A stretch of DNA of 64,000 nt from Ideonella sp. Its GTDB lineage: Bacteria; Pseudomonadota; Gammaproteobacteria; Burkholderiales; Burkholderiaceae_C. The translations under genes were made by a program, and so were the position numbers. This document shows, piece by piece, positions 18,500 through 27,547 of this stretch. Where the stretch lies: positions 126,093-190,092 of the forward strand of contig JAMHWF010000005.1 of assembly GCA_035911095.1 (NCBI GenBank), in the 5' to 3' direction. Each line of letters opens with the position of its first letter. The stretch's first letter is position 1. Under the pieces are notes generated by a model, which saw nothing but the letters and a program-made list of their open reading frames with translations, did no database searches and was not told the DNA's origin.

Positions 18500-19240
18500 A
18501 TGGCCACCATCCTCGTAGTCGACGACGAACTCGGCATCCGGGCGTTGCTCTCGGAAATCCTCAGCGACGAGGGTCACACGGTTGAACTGGCGGAGAACGC
18601 GGCCCAGGCCCGCGAATGCCGCGAGCGCATCCGGCCCGACCTCGTGCTGCTCGACATCTGGATGCCCGATGTCGACGGCATCACGCTGCTGAAGGAGTGG
18701 GGCGCGACCGGACAGCTGACGATGCCGATCGTGATGATGTCGGGGCACGGCACGATCGACACCGCGGTCGAGGCGATCAAGTTCGGCGCGATGGCCTTCC
18801 TCGAAAAACCGATCACCCTGCAGAAGCTGCTGCGCGCGGTCGAGCAGGCGCTGCAGCGCCCGGTGCCGCCGCCGAAGACGGCAGTGCCGATCGGCACCGC
18901 CGCCGGCAGCCTTGCGCCGCTGGTCACGCCGATGCGCTTCGACGGGGCGGCGCTGGCGCCGGCCGTGCTCGACGGCGTCTCGTTCCAGATGGCCGCGGTC
19001 ACCGTGCCGGCGCCAGGCCTGCTCGGCCCGCAGTCGGAGCAGAGCTTCGAACTCGACCGGCCGCTGCGCGAAGCGCGCGACGCCTTCGAGAAGAGCTACT
19101 TCGAGTTCCATCTCGCGCGCGAGAACGGCAGCATGACCCGCGTGGCCGAGAAGACAGGCCTCGAGCGCACCCATCTGTACCGCAAGCTCAAGCAGCTCGG
19201 CGTCGACCTGACACGCAACCGGCGCGGCGGGGCGCTCTGA
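18500..19240 (+). CDS. NtrX-like response regulator (receiver plus Fis-type HTH, no AAA+ domain)
   Basis: The receiver domain shows ILVVDDE...LVLLDIWMPDVDGI...MMSGHG. A Pro/Ala-rich linker of about 110 aa follows. The C-terminal HTH_8 reads SMTRVAEKTGLERTHLYRKLKQLGV. At 246 aa it is too short to hold a sigma-54 interaction module. Confidence 0.85.
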   Translation: MATILVVDDELGIRALLSEILSDEGHTVELAENAAQARECRERIRPDLVLLDIWMPDVDGITLLKEWGATGQLTMPIVMMSGHGTIDTAVEAIKFGAMAFLEKPITLQKLLRAVEQALQRPVPPPKTAVPIGTAAGSLAPLVTPMRFDGAALAPAVLDGVSFQMAAVTVPAPGLLGPQSEQSFELDRPLREARDAFEKSYFEFHLARENGSMTRVAEKTGLERTHLYRKLKQLGVDLTRNRRGGAL

Positions 19241-19284
19241 GGGCCGGCACAGCGCGCCCGGCGCCGGGCCTGTCGCCGCCCCCC

Positions 19285-19290
19285 TATAAT
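19285..19290 (+). promoter_or_regulatory. Candidate -10 box (TATAAT) for tRNA-Phe
   Basis: A perfect TATAAT hexamer lies 11 nt upstream of the mature tRNA 5' end. No convincing -35 element is present. Confidence 0.3.
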
Positions 19291-19301
19291 CGCCGGCTCA
19301 C

Positions 19302-19377
19302 GGCCAAGTAGCTCAGTTGGTAGAGCAGCGGATTGAAAATCCGCGTGTCGGTGGTTCGATTCCGCCCTTGGCCACCA
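19302..19377 (+). tRNA. tRNA-Phe (anticodon GAA), CCA encoded
   Basis: The cloverleaf folds by hand. The acceptor stem is GGCCAAG/CTTGGCC and the D-arm is TAGCTCAGTTGGTAGAGCA. The anticodon stem is GCGGA/TCCGC with loop TTGAAAA, giving anticodon GAA. The T-arm is GGTGGTTCGATTCCGCC, followed by discriminator A and CCA. Confidence 0.95.
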
Positions 19378-19412
19378 AACATTGATCCGCAAGCGTGCGG
19401 TGTCATCCATAA

Positions 19413-19446
19413 AGCCCTAGAGATTCAACGCTCTGGGGCTTTTTTG
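19413..19446 (+). terminator. Rho-independent terminator downstream of tRNA-Phe
   Basis: A 10-bp stem (AGCCCTAGAG / CTCTGGGGCT, one G-U pair) with an 8-nt loop is followed by TTTTTGTTG. Confidence 0.75.
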
Positions 19447-19481
19447 TTGTCCGCATCGCTGCGCAATGAGCCGCGTGGCTT

Positions 19482-19811
19482 TCAGCGCTGCTGGGTGTTC
19501 GCCTCGCGTTCCAATCGCTGGAGCCGACGTTGCTCGGCTCGCTCTCGGGCGGCATCGGCTGTTGGCGAACTCGGCCAGGTGCCGATCATCACGCTGCGGT
19601 GCGTCCGGCCGTCACGATGATGTTCGCGGGTGATGCCGACGTATCGCCCGTCGGGCAAGACCAAGGTTGTGATCTCGATGCGCAGGAGGGGCACGGCGAT
19701 GCTCCGATGTTGTGGTCGCGCGAGTCTCCGCCTCCGCATGCGGCCGTATGTGACCGGAGTCTGCCCGACCACGAACTTGCGCTCGCAGCACCGGGGCGAG
19801 CCCCGCCTGCC
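19482..19811 (-). pseudogene. Possible gene remnant (AraC-type HTH C-terminal-like fragment fused to unrelated sequence)
   Basis: The in-frame translation RCCERKFVVGQTPVTYGRMRRRR resembles the C-terminal F..-G-.-TP-..-YRR signature of AraC/XylS regulators, but no upstream domain is present. The fragment sits in the patchy lower-GC stretch after the tRNA. It could equally be a 96-aa orphan ORF. Confidence 0.2.
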
Positions 19812-20165
19812 TCAGGCGCGCTGCACTTCCATCACCGCATGCGCCGTCGCCTGCTCGTAGACCCCCGGCATGCGTGCCGCGAGATGCAGCAAGATGCGCG
19901 GCGCCTGCGTCTTGACGACCCGCCGCAACGCGACGCCGGCGACGACGAGCGCGCCGCCGATCCACGGGTGTCCGGCGAGCGCCAGCGCGATGCCCGGGCC
20001 GATCAGCGCGATCGCCAGCGGCGTTGCATGGGTGCGGTGGGCGACGAAGGGCGCCGCGAGCTGCGGGTTGACGATGACCCGGAAGCGGCCGTGCGGCAGC
20101 CCGTTGCGGAACTCGTCGAATGGGATGAACTCCGCCCTGCCGCTCGCATCGTCGCTGCCGTTCAT
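19812..20165 (-). CDS. Hypothetical small membrane protein (117 aa, about 2 TM)
   Basis: The ATG at 20165 opens an ORF with a hydrophobic hairpin (ATPLAIALIGPGIALALAGHPWIGGALVVAGVAL). There is no clear SD and I recognised no family. Confidence 0.4.
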   Translation of the reverse strand: MNGSDDASGRAEFIPFDEFRNGLPHGRFRVIVNPQLAAPFVAHRTHATPLAIALIGPGIALALAGHPWIGGALVVAGVALRRVVKTQAPRILLHLAARMPGVYEQATAHAVMEVQRA

Positions 20166-20332
20166 GGGCGCATTCTGGCGCCAGCGCGGGCGTGAGGGTC
20201 GACCCTCGCCGCAGGGGCCGCGGGCAGGCACAGAATGCGGCGCCGACCGTCGAGGTCGGCCAGAGCAAGGCGGACGGCCGGGCGACCCGATCGATCGAAC
20301 GGGTCGCCGGCGCCGCGCCAGAGGAGACATCG

Positions 20333-21664
20333 ATGCTGCGATTCGACACGGGACGCCTGCGCTTGCTGAGCCTCGCCCTTGCGGCCGTGCTCGCCGCCTG
20401 CGGCGGCGGCGACGACGGCGACGACAGTGCGCCGGGCAGCCTCGTCGAGGCGCCGGAGGCGGTCGGCAGCTACGCGCCGGCGGAGCTCGACCTGATCGCC
20501 GCGGCCAACGGGGTGGCGCCGCTCGTCGGCCCGGCGCGCTGCGGCGTGCAGGTGACCGCGCTCGACTACCGCACGCGCGGCCCGCGCGGCGAGGGGACGA
20601 ACGCCTCGGCCGCGCTGCTGACACCCACCGGCGACAGCGCCTGCCTGGTCGAGCCGCCGCTCGTCGCCTATGCGCGCGGCACCGAGGTGCTGAAGACCCG
20701 GACGCTCGCCGACGCGCGCGACAGCGAGACCCTGCTGCTGGCGATGATGTTCGCGGCCCAGGGCTATGCGGTGGTCGCGACCGACTACCTGGGCTTCGCG
20801 AAGTCGCGCTTTGCCTACCACCCCTACCTGCACGCCGAGTCCGAGGCGACCAGCGTGCTCGACTCGGTGCGCGCCGCCCGCCGGGCGGCGGCCGAACTCG
20901 GCCAGCCGCTGTCGAGCAAGCTGCTGCTTGCCGGCTACTCGCAGGGCGGCCAGGCCTCGATGGCGGCGCATCGCGCCGCCGAACGCGACAACCCCGGCGA
21001 GTTCGCGGTCGCGGCCGGCGCCCACCTGGCCGGGCCGTACAACCTCTCGGGGATGATGCGCGCCGGCGTTGCCTTTGCCGGCGACCAGTTCTTCGTGCCC
21101 TTTCTCGTCACCGCGATGCAGAAGGTCTACGGCAACGTCTACACCAGCGCCGACCAGGCCTTCAAGGCGCCGTATGCCGCGACCATCGAGAACCTGCTGC
21201 CGAACCCCACGCTCACCTTCACCACGCTCGTGACCACCGGCGCGCTGCCCGGGGCCGCCGGCGAGACGCCCGCACAGATCCGCGCGGCCCTGATGCAGCC
21301 CGCGTTCCTCACGTCGGTGCAGACGGATGACAGCAACGGCCTCTATGTCGACGCCAAGGCGCAGGACCTGCTGGACTGGTCGCCGCGCGCGCCGCTGCTG
21401 ATGTGCTCCGGCGCAGCCGACCCGACGGTGCCGAAGGCGCTGAACCAGGACGCCGCCAAGGCGGCCTTCGACGCCCGCGGCTTGGCGAACGTGACCTCGA
21501 TCGATGTCGACCCGCAGATCCAGGCGGCCTTCGGGCCCGGGGGCGTCGCCCCGACCGATCCTTCGACGCCCGAATTCGCCACCTATTACGGCAACTACCA
21601 CGGCGGCTACGCGCCGCCGTTCTGCCTGGCTGCGGCGCGGCAACTGTTCGACGCGGTGCGCTGA
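20333..21664 (+). CDS. Alpha/beta-hydrolase lipoprotein (secreted lipase/esterase-like)
   Basis: A GAGGAGA SD precedes the ATG at 20333. The lipobox reads LALAAVLAA|CGG and the nucleophile elbow is GYSQGG. The C-terminal region contains ADPTVP, as expected around a catalytic Asp. Confidence 0.7.
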   Translation: MLRFDTGRLRLLSLALAAVLAACGGGDDGDDSAPGSLVEAPEAVGSYAPAELDLIAAANGVAPLVGPARCGVQVTALDYRTRGPRGEGTNASAALLTPTGDSACLVEPPLVAYARGTEVLKTRTLADARDSETLLLAMMFAAQGYAVVATDYLGFAKSRFAYHPYLHAESEATSVLDSVRAARRAAAELGQPLSSKLLLAGYSQGGQASMAAHRAAERDNPGEFAVAAGAHLAGPYNLSGMMRAGVAFAGDQFFVPFLVTAMQKVYGNVYTSADQAFKAPYAATIENLLPNPTLTFTTLVTTGALPGAAGETPAQIRAALMQPAFLTSVQTDDSNGLYVDAKAQDLLDWSPRAPLLMCSGAADPTVPKALNQDAAKAAFDARGLANVTSIDVDPQIQAAFGPGGVAPTDPSTPEFATYYGNYHGGYAPPFCLAAARQLFDAVR

Positions 21665-21890
21665 GGCGTCGGCGCCACGCCAGCGCGCGCCCGTGCGGCA
21701 CGGCCGGGGTGCGCTGCGCCCCGGTGTCGCGCCGGTCGGCTAGGCTTGGCGTGGCGCGGCGGCATGGCACGCATCGTGATTCCCCGCCCCGCATCCCTTG
21801 CCGCCGGCGCGCACGGTCCGTCGGCCGGCCCTTTCCACGACGACCCCGGCATTCGAAGCACGGGCCCGCGGTCGGTTTCCGGAGCAATAC

Positions 21891-22742
21891 ATGAGCATCG
21901 AACGGATCGGCGTCATCGGCGCCGGCACCATGGGCAACGGCATCGCCCAGGTCTGCGCCCAGGCCGGGTTGACGGTGACGATGGTCGACGTCTCGGCCGA
22001 GGCCGTCGCGCGCGGCGTCGCGGCCCTGGGGTCGAGCCTCGACCGCCTGGTCAAGAAGGAGAAGCTGAGCCCCGCGCAGCGCGAGGAGGTGCTCGCCCGC
22101 GTCAAGGGCAGCACGTCCTACGACGACCTGAAGGACGCCGGCCTGGTGATCGAGGCGGCGACCGAGAACCTCGAGCTCAAGCTGCGCATCCTGCGCCAGA
22201 TCGAGTCGCTGGTGCCGGCAGAGACGGTGATCGCGACCAACACCTCGTCGATCTCGATCACCCAGCTCGCCGCCGCGCTCGCGCAGCCGCAGCGCGTGAT
22301 CGGGCTGCACTTCTTCAACCCGGTGCCGCTGATGGCGCTGCTGGAGGTGATCCGCGGTCTGCAGACCTCGGACACGACGCATGCGGCGGCGCTGGCCTTC
22401 GCGAAGGCGGTCGGCAAGACGCCGGTGTCGGTGAAGGACGCGCCGGGCTTCGTCGTCAACCGCATCCTGTGCCCGATGATCAACGAGGCGATCCTCGTGC
22501 TGCAGGAGGGCCTGGCCACGGCCGAGGACATCGACACCGGCATGCGGCTCGGCTGCAACCACCCGATCGGCCCGCTGGCGCTGGCCGACATGATCGGCCT
22601 GGACACGCTGCTGGCGGTGATGCGCGTGTTCCAGGACGGCTTCGGCGACCCGAAGTACCGCCCGGCGCTGCTGCTGAAGGACATGGTCGCGGCCGGCCGG
22701 CTGGGCCGCAAGACCGGACGCGGCTTCTACGACTACAGCTGA
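21891..22742 (+). CDS. hbd: 3-hydroxybutyryl-CoA (3-hydroxyacyl-CoA) dehydrogenase
   Basis: The Rossmann motif is [16 protein letters not shown]. Further matches are [37 protein letters not shown] and the C-terminus [11 protein letters not shown]. Confidence 0.9.
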   Translation: MSIERIGVIGAGTMGNGIAQVCAQAGLTVTMVDVSAEAVARGVAALGSSLDRLVKKEKLSPAQREEVLARVKGSTSYDDLKDAGLVIEAATENLELKLRILRQIESLVPAETVIATNTSSISITQLAAALAQPQRVIGLHFFNPVPLMALLEVIRGLQTSDTTHAAALAFAKAVGKTPVSVKDAPGFVVNRILCPMINEAILVLQEGLATAEDIDTGMRLGCNHPIGPLALADMIGLDTLLAVMRVFQDGFGDPKYRPALLLKDMVAAGRLGRKTGRGFYDYS

Positions 22743-22787
22743 CGGCGTCCGCCCGGCGCCGCGTTCAGGCGGCACCGCCGCGCAGGC

Positions 22788-23777
22788 TCACTCGATTTCG
22801 ATCTTCGCGTCGGCCGCCACCTTGCGCCAGGTCTCGACCTCGGCCGCGGTGTGCTTCGCCAGGGCCTCGGGCGTGTAGTCGGCCGGGGGAAGCAGCTGGA
22901 TGCCCTGTTCGCTCATCTTCTGCTGCCAGGCCTTGTCCTCCAGGGCCTTGGCGTAGGCCGCGTAGAGCTTCTGCACGATTTCCTTCGGCGTGCCCTTGGG
23001 CGCGTAGAGGCCGTACCAGGTCGTCGCCTCGAACCCGGGCAGCGTCATGTCGGCCAGCGGTGGCACGCCGGGGTACTGCGGCATCGGGCGGGTCGAGGTC
23101 AGCGCGATCGCGGTCAGGCGGCCACCGGCCACCTGGGGGAGCGCGGTGTTGGTCTGGTCGAACATCGCGTCGACCTGGCCGGCGATCAGGTCGTTCATCG
23201 CCGGCGCCACGCCCTTGTAGGGCACCGGCAGCACGTCGATGCCGGCCTTGGCCTCGAACATCGCGGCGATCAGGTGCGAGCTCGAACCCACTCCGGCGTT
23301 GCCGAAGTTCATCGTGCCCGGTTTGGCCTTCGCCGCGGCGATCAGCTCGCCCGCCGTCTTGTAGGGCGAGTTCTTCGGCACCAGCAGCACGAGCGGCGTG
23401 TCGGGAAAGCGGAACACCGCGTCGTAGCTCTTGACCGGGTCGTAGTTCAGGTTCTTGTACAGCGACGGCGCGGCGCCCATGTAACCGAGGTGGCCGACGA
23501 GGAAGGTGTAGCCGTCGGCCGGCGCGCGCGCCGTCTTGCCGGCACCGATCGTGCCGCCGGCGCCGCCGAGGTTCTCGATGATCACCTGCTGGCCGATCTG
23601 CTTGCCGACCTTGTCGGCGATGTCGCGGGCCATCGCGTCGGTCGGCCCGCCGGCGGAGAAGGGCACGACCCAGGTCAGCGGCTTGGTTGGCCAGCTCTGG
23701 GCCAGGGCAAAGGAGGTGGCGGCGCAGAGCGCGGCGGCGCAGAGGGTCCGGGCGAGGGAGGGACGGGCGAAGGTCAT
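22788..23777 (-). CDS. Bug family (TctC-like) tripartite tricarboxylate transporter substrate-binding protein
   Basis: It has a signal peptide followed by the family hallmarks WPTKPLTWVVPFSAGGPTD, GSSSHL, VPYKG and LIAGQVD. Confidence 0.9.
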   Translation of the reverse strand: MTFARPSLARTLCAAALCAATSFALAQSWPTKPLTWVVPFSAGGPTDAMARDIADKVGKQIGQQVIIENLGGAGGTIGAGKTARAPADGYTFLVGHLGYMGAAPSLYKNLNYDPVKSYDAVFRFPDTPLVLLVPKNSPYKTAGELIAAAKAKPGTMNFGNAGVGSSSHLIAAMFEAKAGIDVLPVPYKGVAPAMNDLIAGQVDAMFDQTNTALPQVAGGRLTAIALTSTRPMPQYPGVPPLADMTLPGFEATTWYGLYAPKGTPKEIVQKLYAAYAKALEDKAWQQKMSEQGIQLLPPADYTPEALAKHTAAEVETWRKVAADAKIEIE

Positions 23778-23906
23778 GGCAGTCTCCGGGGCAGTGTGGG
23801 GTGTCGGGAACGACGGGCACGGCGCAGCCGGCGGCCCGGCAGGCCGCCGCTGCCGCAGCGCGCGGCAGGGATCGGGAGCGGGGAAGGGGGGCGCTGGGGC
23901 CCGGCG

Positions 23907-25274
23907 TCAGGCCTGGATGGCGGCGGAGCGCTCGAGGGCCCGGTCGACCATCCGCGGCGCGAGGCCGAGGTAGTTCGCCGGGTCGGTCAGCCGCTCGATC
24001 GCGGCGCGGTCGAAGTGCTTGGTCACCGCCGGCAGCGCCAGCAGTGCCTCGGCCAGCGTGCCGCCCTGGGTGTTCACCGTGCGGCAGGCGTCGTAGACGA
24101 TGTCGTGCGCCTGCTGACGGCCGGTGGAGGGCGCCAGGCCCATCATCACCGCCTCGGCGACGATCAGGCCGCGGCTGAGGCCGAGGTTCTCGCGCATGCG
24201 GGCCGTGTCGACGATCAGCCCGCCGAGCGCGAACCTGGCCTGGTGCAGCGCGCCCGCGGTGAGCACGAAGCTCTCGGGGATCGCGATCCACTCGGCATGC
24301 CAGGGGCCGGTCGCGCGCTCGAAGTCGTGGACCATCGCGTCGACCATCAGGCCGGCGTGCTGGCGCACCGCCTTCGCCGCGGCGAGCATCAGCTCACTCG
24401 AGATCGGGTTGCGCTTCTGCGGCATCGTGCTCGAGGCGCCGCGGCCCTTGACGAAGGGCTCGTAGACCTCGGCGAACTCGGTCGAGGCCATGATCATGAT
24501 GTCGAGCGCGATCTTGCCGAGCGAGCCGGTGACCAGCGCCAGCAGGTTGACCGCCTCGGCGAAGCCGTCGCGCGCGACATGCCAGGTGGTGGCCGGCACG
24601 CCGAGCTTCAGCTCGTCGGCCAGCGCCGCCTGCACCTCGAAGCCCCGGTTGCCGTCGGCCGTGCCGAGCGAGGCCAGCGTGCCCGCCGCGCCGGCGAACT
24701 CGACCACCAGCACCCGCTCGCGCAGTTCGGCCAGGCGCTGCTGGTGGCGGTCGAACATGCCGAGCCAGATCGCGACCTTGTAGCCGAAGGTCACCGGCAG
24801 CGCCTGCTGCAGGTGGGTGCGGCCCGCCATCGGCGTGTCGCGGTGGGTCTTCGCCAGGTCGGCCAGGATGCCGCGCAGCGCGCGGATATCGTCGTCGACG
24901 ATGTCCAGCGCCTCGCGCAGCTGCAGCACGTTGGCGGTGTCCATGATGTCCTGCGTCGTCGCGCCCCAGTGCACGTAGCGGCCGGCCTCGCCGCACATCT
25001 CGACCATCTGGTGCACCAGCGGCAGGATCGGGTAGCCGACGATGTCGGTCTCTTCGCGCAGGTGGTCGAAGTCGATCCGCTCGAGCCTCGATTCGCGGGC
25101 GATCACCTCGGCCGCCTCGGCCGGGATCACGCCGCAGCGCGCCTCGGCGCGCGCCAGCGCCACCTCGACCTCGAGATAGCGTCCGACGAGCGCGCGGTCG
25201 GAGAACACCTCGCGCATGCGCTGGGTGCCGAAGGCGTCGCGGAACAGGAGCGAGTCGATCACGGTGCTGGCCAT
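23907..25274 (-). CDS. Class II fumarase/aspartase superfamily lyase (adenylosuccinate lyase / PcaB-like cycloisomerase family)
   Basis: The signature loop is GASSTMPQKRNP. Other matches include HWGATTQDIMDT and GRTHLQQALPVTFG. A GAGGA SD lies 5 nt upstream of the ATG at 25274. Confidence 0.8.
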   Translation of the reverse strand: MASTVIDSLLFRDAFGTQRMREVFSDRALVGRYLEVEVALARAEARCGVIPAEAAEVIARESRLERIDFDHLREETDIVGYPILPLVHQMVEMCGEAGRYVHWGATTQDIMDTANVLQLREALDIVDDDIRALRGILADLAKTHRDTPMAGRTHLQQALPVTFGYKVAIWLGMFDRHQQRLAELRERVLVVEFAGAAGTLASLGTADGNRGFEVQAALADELKLGVPATTWHVARDGFAEAVNLLALVTGSLGKIALDIMIMASTEFAEVYEPFVKGRGASSTMPQKRNPISSELMLAAAKAVRQHAGLMVDAMVHDFERATGPWHAEWIAIPESFVLTAGALHQARFALGGLIVDTARMRENLGLSRGLIVAEAVMMGLAPSTGRQQAHDIVYDACRTVNTQGGTLAEALLALPAVTKHFDRAAIERLTDPANYLGLAPRMVDRALERSAAIQA

Positions 25275-25315
25275 TTGTGTCCTCGATATGTTTGACAAAT
25301 ATCGAACATATCTGT

Positions 25316-25351
25316 ATGTTCGAACAAATGAAGTCTAATTTGTTCGAACAT
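25316..25351. promoter_or_regulatory. Paired palindromic operator in the divergent lyase/GntR intergenic region
   Basis: The perfect 14-nt inverted repeat ATGTTCGAACAAAT (25316-25329) / ATTTGTTCGAACAT (25338-25351) is separated by 8 nt. Each arm contains the self-complementary core TGTTCGAACA. The surrounding region is AT-rich. Confidence 0.6.
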
Positions 25352-25372
25352 AAAGCCAACGAGGGTAAACCC

Positions 25373-26149
25373 TTGAGTGAATCATCGGGCCCGCCGGACC
25401 TCCCAGTCGCCAAGTTGCGCCACCCCGGATTCACCGCCGAGCTTGCAGCGGGCATCGCCGAGGGTCGCTGGCCGGTCGGCACGCTGCTGCCGACCGAGTT
25501 CGAGCTCTGCGAGCGCTACGGCCTGAGCCGCTACGCGGTGCGCAAGGCGCTCGACGAGCTGCAGGAACAGGGCTTGATCTCGCGCCGCAAGAACGTCGGC
25601 ACGCGTGTCGAATCGGCCCGCCCGGTGGCCGCCGGCTTCACGCAGTCGCTCGCCACCGTCGACGAGCTGGCGCAGTTCGGCGCCGAGCATGTGCGCGTCG
25701 TGCGGGACGTGGGCGAGGTCGTGGCCGACCTCGTGCTCGCCAGGACGCTCGGCTGCCCGGGTGGCACGCGTTGGCTGCGCATTTCGAGCCTGCGCCTCGC
25801 CGGCGGGCCGCGGCCGAAGCCGATCTGCTGGACCGACGCCTATGTCGACCCTGCCTGCACCGAGATCGGCGCGCTGGCGCAGGCGGCGCCCGGCCGCTTG
25901 ATCAGCTCATTGATCGAGGAGCACTACGGGCGCCGGATCGCGCGCATCCGGCAGGAGATCGCCGCCGTGCGCCTGCCCGAGGCGCTGGCCGGCGACCTGC
26001 ACGCGGAAGCCGGATCACCGGCGCTGCGCCTGGTGCGGCGCTACCTCGACGCGGCCGATGCGGCCTTCGAGGTCACTGTCTCGATCCATCCGGCGGATCG
26101 CTTCACCTTCACGATGGAGCTGAACCGCGCGCGCGCATCAGGCGGGTGA
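25373..26149 (+). CDS. GntR family transcriptional regulator (HutC subfamily, UTRA effector domain)
   Basis: The winged HTH reads LPTEFELCERYGLSRYAVRKALDELQEQGLISRRKNVGTRV, and a UTRA-like C-terminal half follows. I prefer the TTG at 25373 (GAGGG SD 7 nt upstream). An in-frame ATG at 25328 lies inside the operator. Confidence 0.8.
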   Translation: MSESSGPPDLPVAKLRHPGFTAELAAGIAEGRWPVGTLLPTEFELCERYGLSRYAVRKALDELQEQGLISRRKNVGTRVESARPVAAGFTQSLATVDELAQFGAEHVRVVRDVGEVVADLVLARTLGCPGGTRWLRISSLRLAGGPRPKPICWTDAYVDPACTEIGALAQAAPGRLISSLIEEHYGRRIARIRQEIAAVRLPEALAGDLHAEAGSPALRLVRRYLDAADAAFEVTVSIHPADRFTFTMELNRARASGG

Positions 26150-26234
26150 GGCCCTCAGGAACCGCGCCGCGGTCGTGCAAGGCGCGTTTCGGCGGCGTCC
26201 GCCGATGGCGCGCCTGCAGCGCGCCCTGCATCGC

Positions 26235-26531
26235 TCAGGGCAGGCTGCGCTCGAAGTGCTCGACCACCGGCGGCTGGGCGAAGAACGATCCGACGATCGA
26301 GCGCCACTCGGTGAACAGCGGCGAGTTGCGGAACACCACCATGTGGTCGTCGAACGTCTCCCAGCGGATCAGCAGCAGGTACCGCTCGGGGGTCTCGATG
26401 CCGTGCTGCACCTCGTAGCCGAGGTAACCCGGCGACTTCGCGATCACCGTCTCGACGCCGCGCCTCAGCGCGGACTCGAACTCGGCCTGGCGGCCGGGCT
26501 GGATGCGGAGGTCGGCGTGCTCGAGGATCAT
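26235..26531 (-). CDS. Antibiotic biosynthesis monooxygenase (ABM) domain protein
   Basis: This 98-aa ferredoxin-like protein (LRIQPGRQAEFESALRRG, RYLLLIRWETFDDH, F..SP.F.EW) has a perfect AAGGAG SD upstream of the ATG at 26531. Confidence 0.75.
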   Translation of the reverse strand: MILEHADLRIQPGRQAEFESALRRGVETVIAKSPGYLGYEVQHGIETPERYLLLIRWETFDDHMVVFRNSPLFTEWRSIVGSFFAQPPVVEHFERSLP

Positions 26532-26654
26532 GCGGGGCTCCTTTGGCGGGGTAGGGTCCGCGAGTGTGCGTCAGCGAGGGCGCCGAGGCGTTCCGGCCCG
26601 AGCCTCCTGTCTCGCCCGCGCGGACGCGGGTCGTCGTGGCGGCCGAATCCGCCT

Positions 26655-27485
26655 TCAGGCGCTCGCGTCGCGGATGAAGGCGCCGGCCGTGGCGATCAGC
26701 ACCTCGGGCTGGTCGCGATGGGGCGAGTGTCCGCAGTGCGGCAACTCGAGCAACCGGGTGGCGGGTCGCCGGCGACGGATCACGCGGATCTGTTCCAGCG
26801 TGCCGTACTCGTCGTCCACGCCCTGCACCGCGAGCACCGGGCAGGCGATCGCGTCGAGCGCGGCCTCGATGTTCCAGTCCGCGAAAGCCGGGTCGAGCCA
26901 GGCACCGTTCCAGGCCCAGAAGGCCGAGTCGACGTCGTCGTGGTACTTCGCGAGGCGCTCGCGCAGGCCCTGCTCGCGATAGGCCACGCGCGCAGCGGCG
27001 ATGCCGGTCAGGCTCACCTCTTCGACAAAGCAGTGCGGCGCCATCACCACGATGCCCTGCACGCGCGCCGGGTGCATCGCCGCGGCGAGCAGCGCGATCG
27101 AGCCGCCGTCGCTGTGGCCGAAGAGCCAGGCGCGCTCGACGCCGACGGCGTCGAGCAACGCCGGCAACACGTCGCGCGCCTCTCGATGCAGGTAGTCAGG
27201 GCGGAATGGCTCGTCGTGCGGGCGCGGCGTCGAGCGGCCGTAGGCGTATCGCGAATAGACGAGCCCGCGCAGCCCGTTCACCTCGCAGAATCGCTGCGGA
27301 AAGTCCTTCCACATCGCGACGCTGCCCAGGCCTTCGTGCAGGAAGACGACCGTCGTCGCCCCGGCCCGGGTCGGGCCGACCCAGGCCGTCTCGAGCCGCA
27401 GCGCGCGGCCCGCCGCCTCCATCGAGACAAAACCTTCCATGGGCCCTCGGCCGTCGGCCTCGGGCGGGGCGGTCGTCGTGCTCAT
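26655..27485 (-). CDS. Alpha/beta fold hydrolase
   Basis: The oxyanion region is VVFLHEGLGS and the nucleophile elbow is GHSDGG. The C-terminal catalytic His lies in LPHCGHSPH. The ATG at 27485 has a GAGGA SD. The ORF-track extension to 28199 crosses the PepSY gene in another frame. Confidence 0.8.
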   Translation of the reverse strand: MSTTTAPPEADGRGPMEGFVSMEAAGRALRLETAWVGPTRAGATTVVFLHEGLGSVAMWKDFPQRFCEVNGLRGLVYSRYAYGRSTPRPHDEPFRPDYLHREARDVLPALLDAVGVERAWLFGHSDGGSIALLAAAMHPARVQGIVVMAPHCFVEEVSLTGIAAARVAYREQGLRERLAKYHDDVDSAFWAWNGAWLDPAFADWNIEAALDAIACPVLAVQGVDDEYGTLEQIRVIRRRRPATRLLELPHCGHSPHRDQPEVLIATAGAFIRDASA

Positions 27486-27547
27486 CCCGTGCCCGTCCTC
27501 GCGCTTGCTCGCTCCGACGGACGGTAGCACTGGCAGTATGGCCATCC

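Noticed and set aside
19096-19620. ORFs overlapping the tRNA-Phe gene (19096-19410 minus strand, 19333-19620 plus strand).
   Set aside because: They run through a structurally perfect tRNA and its terminator and have no coding signatures.
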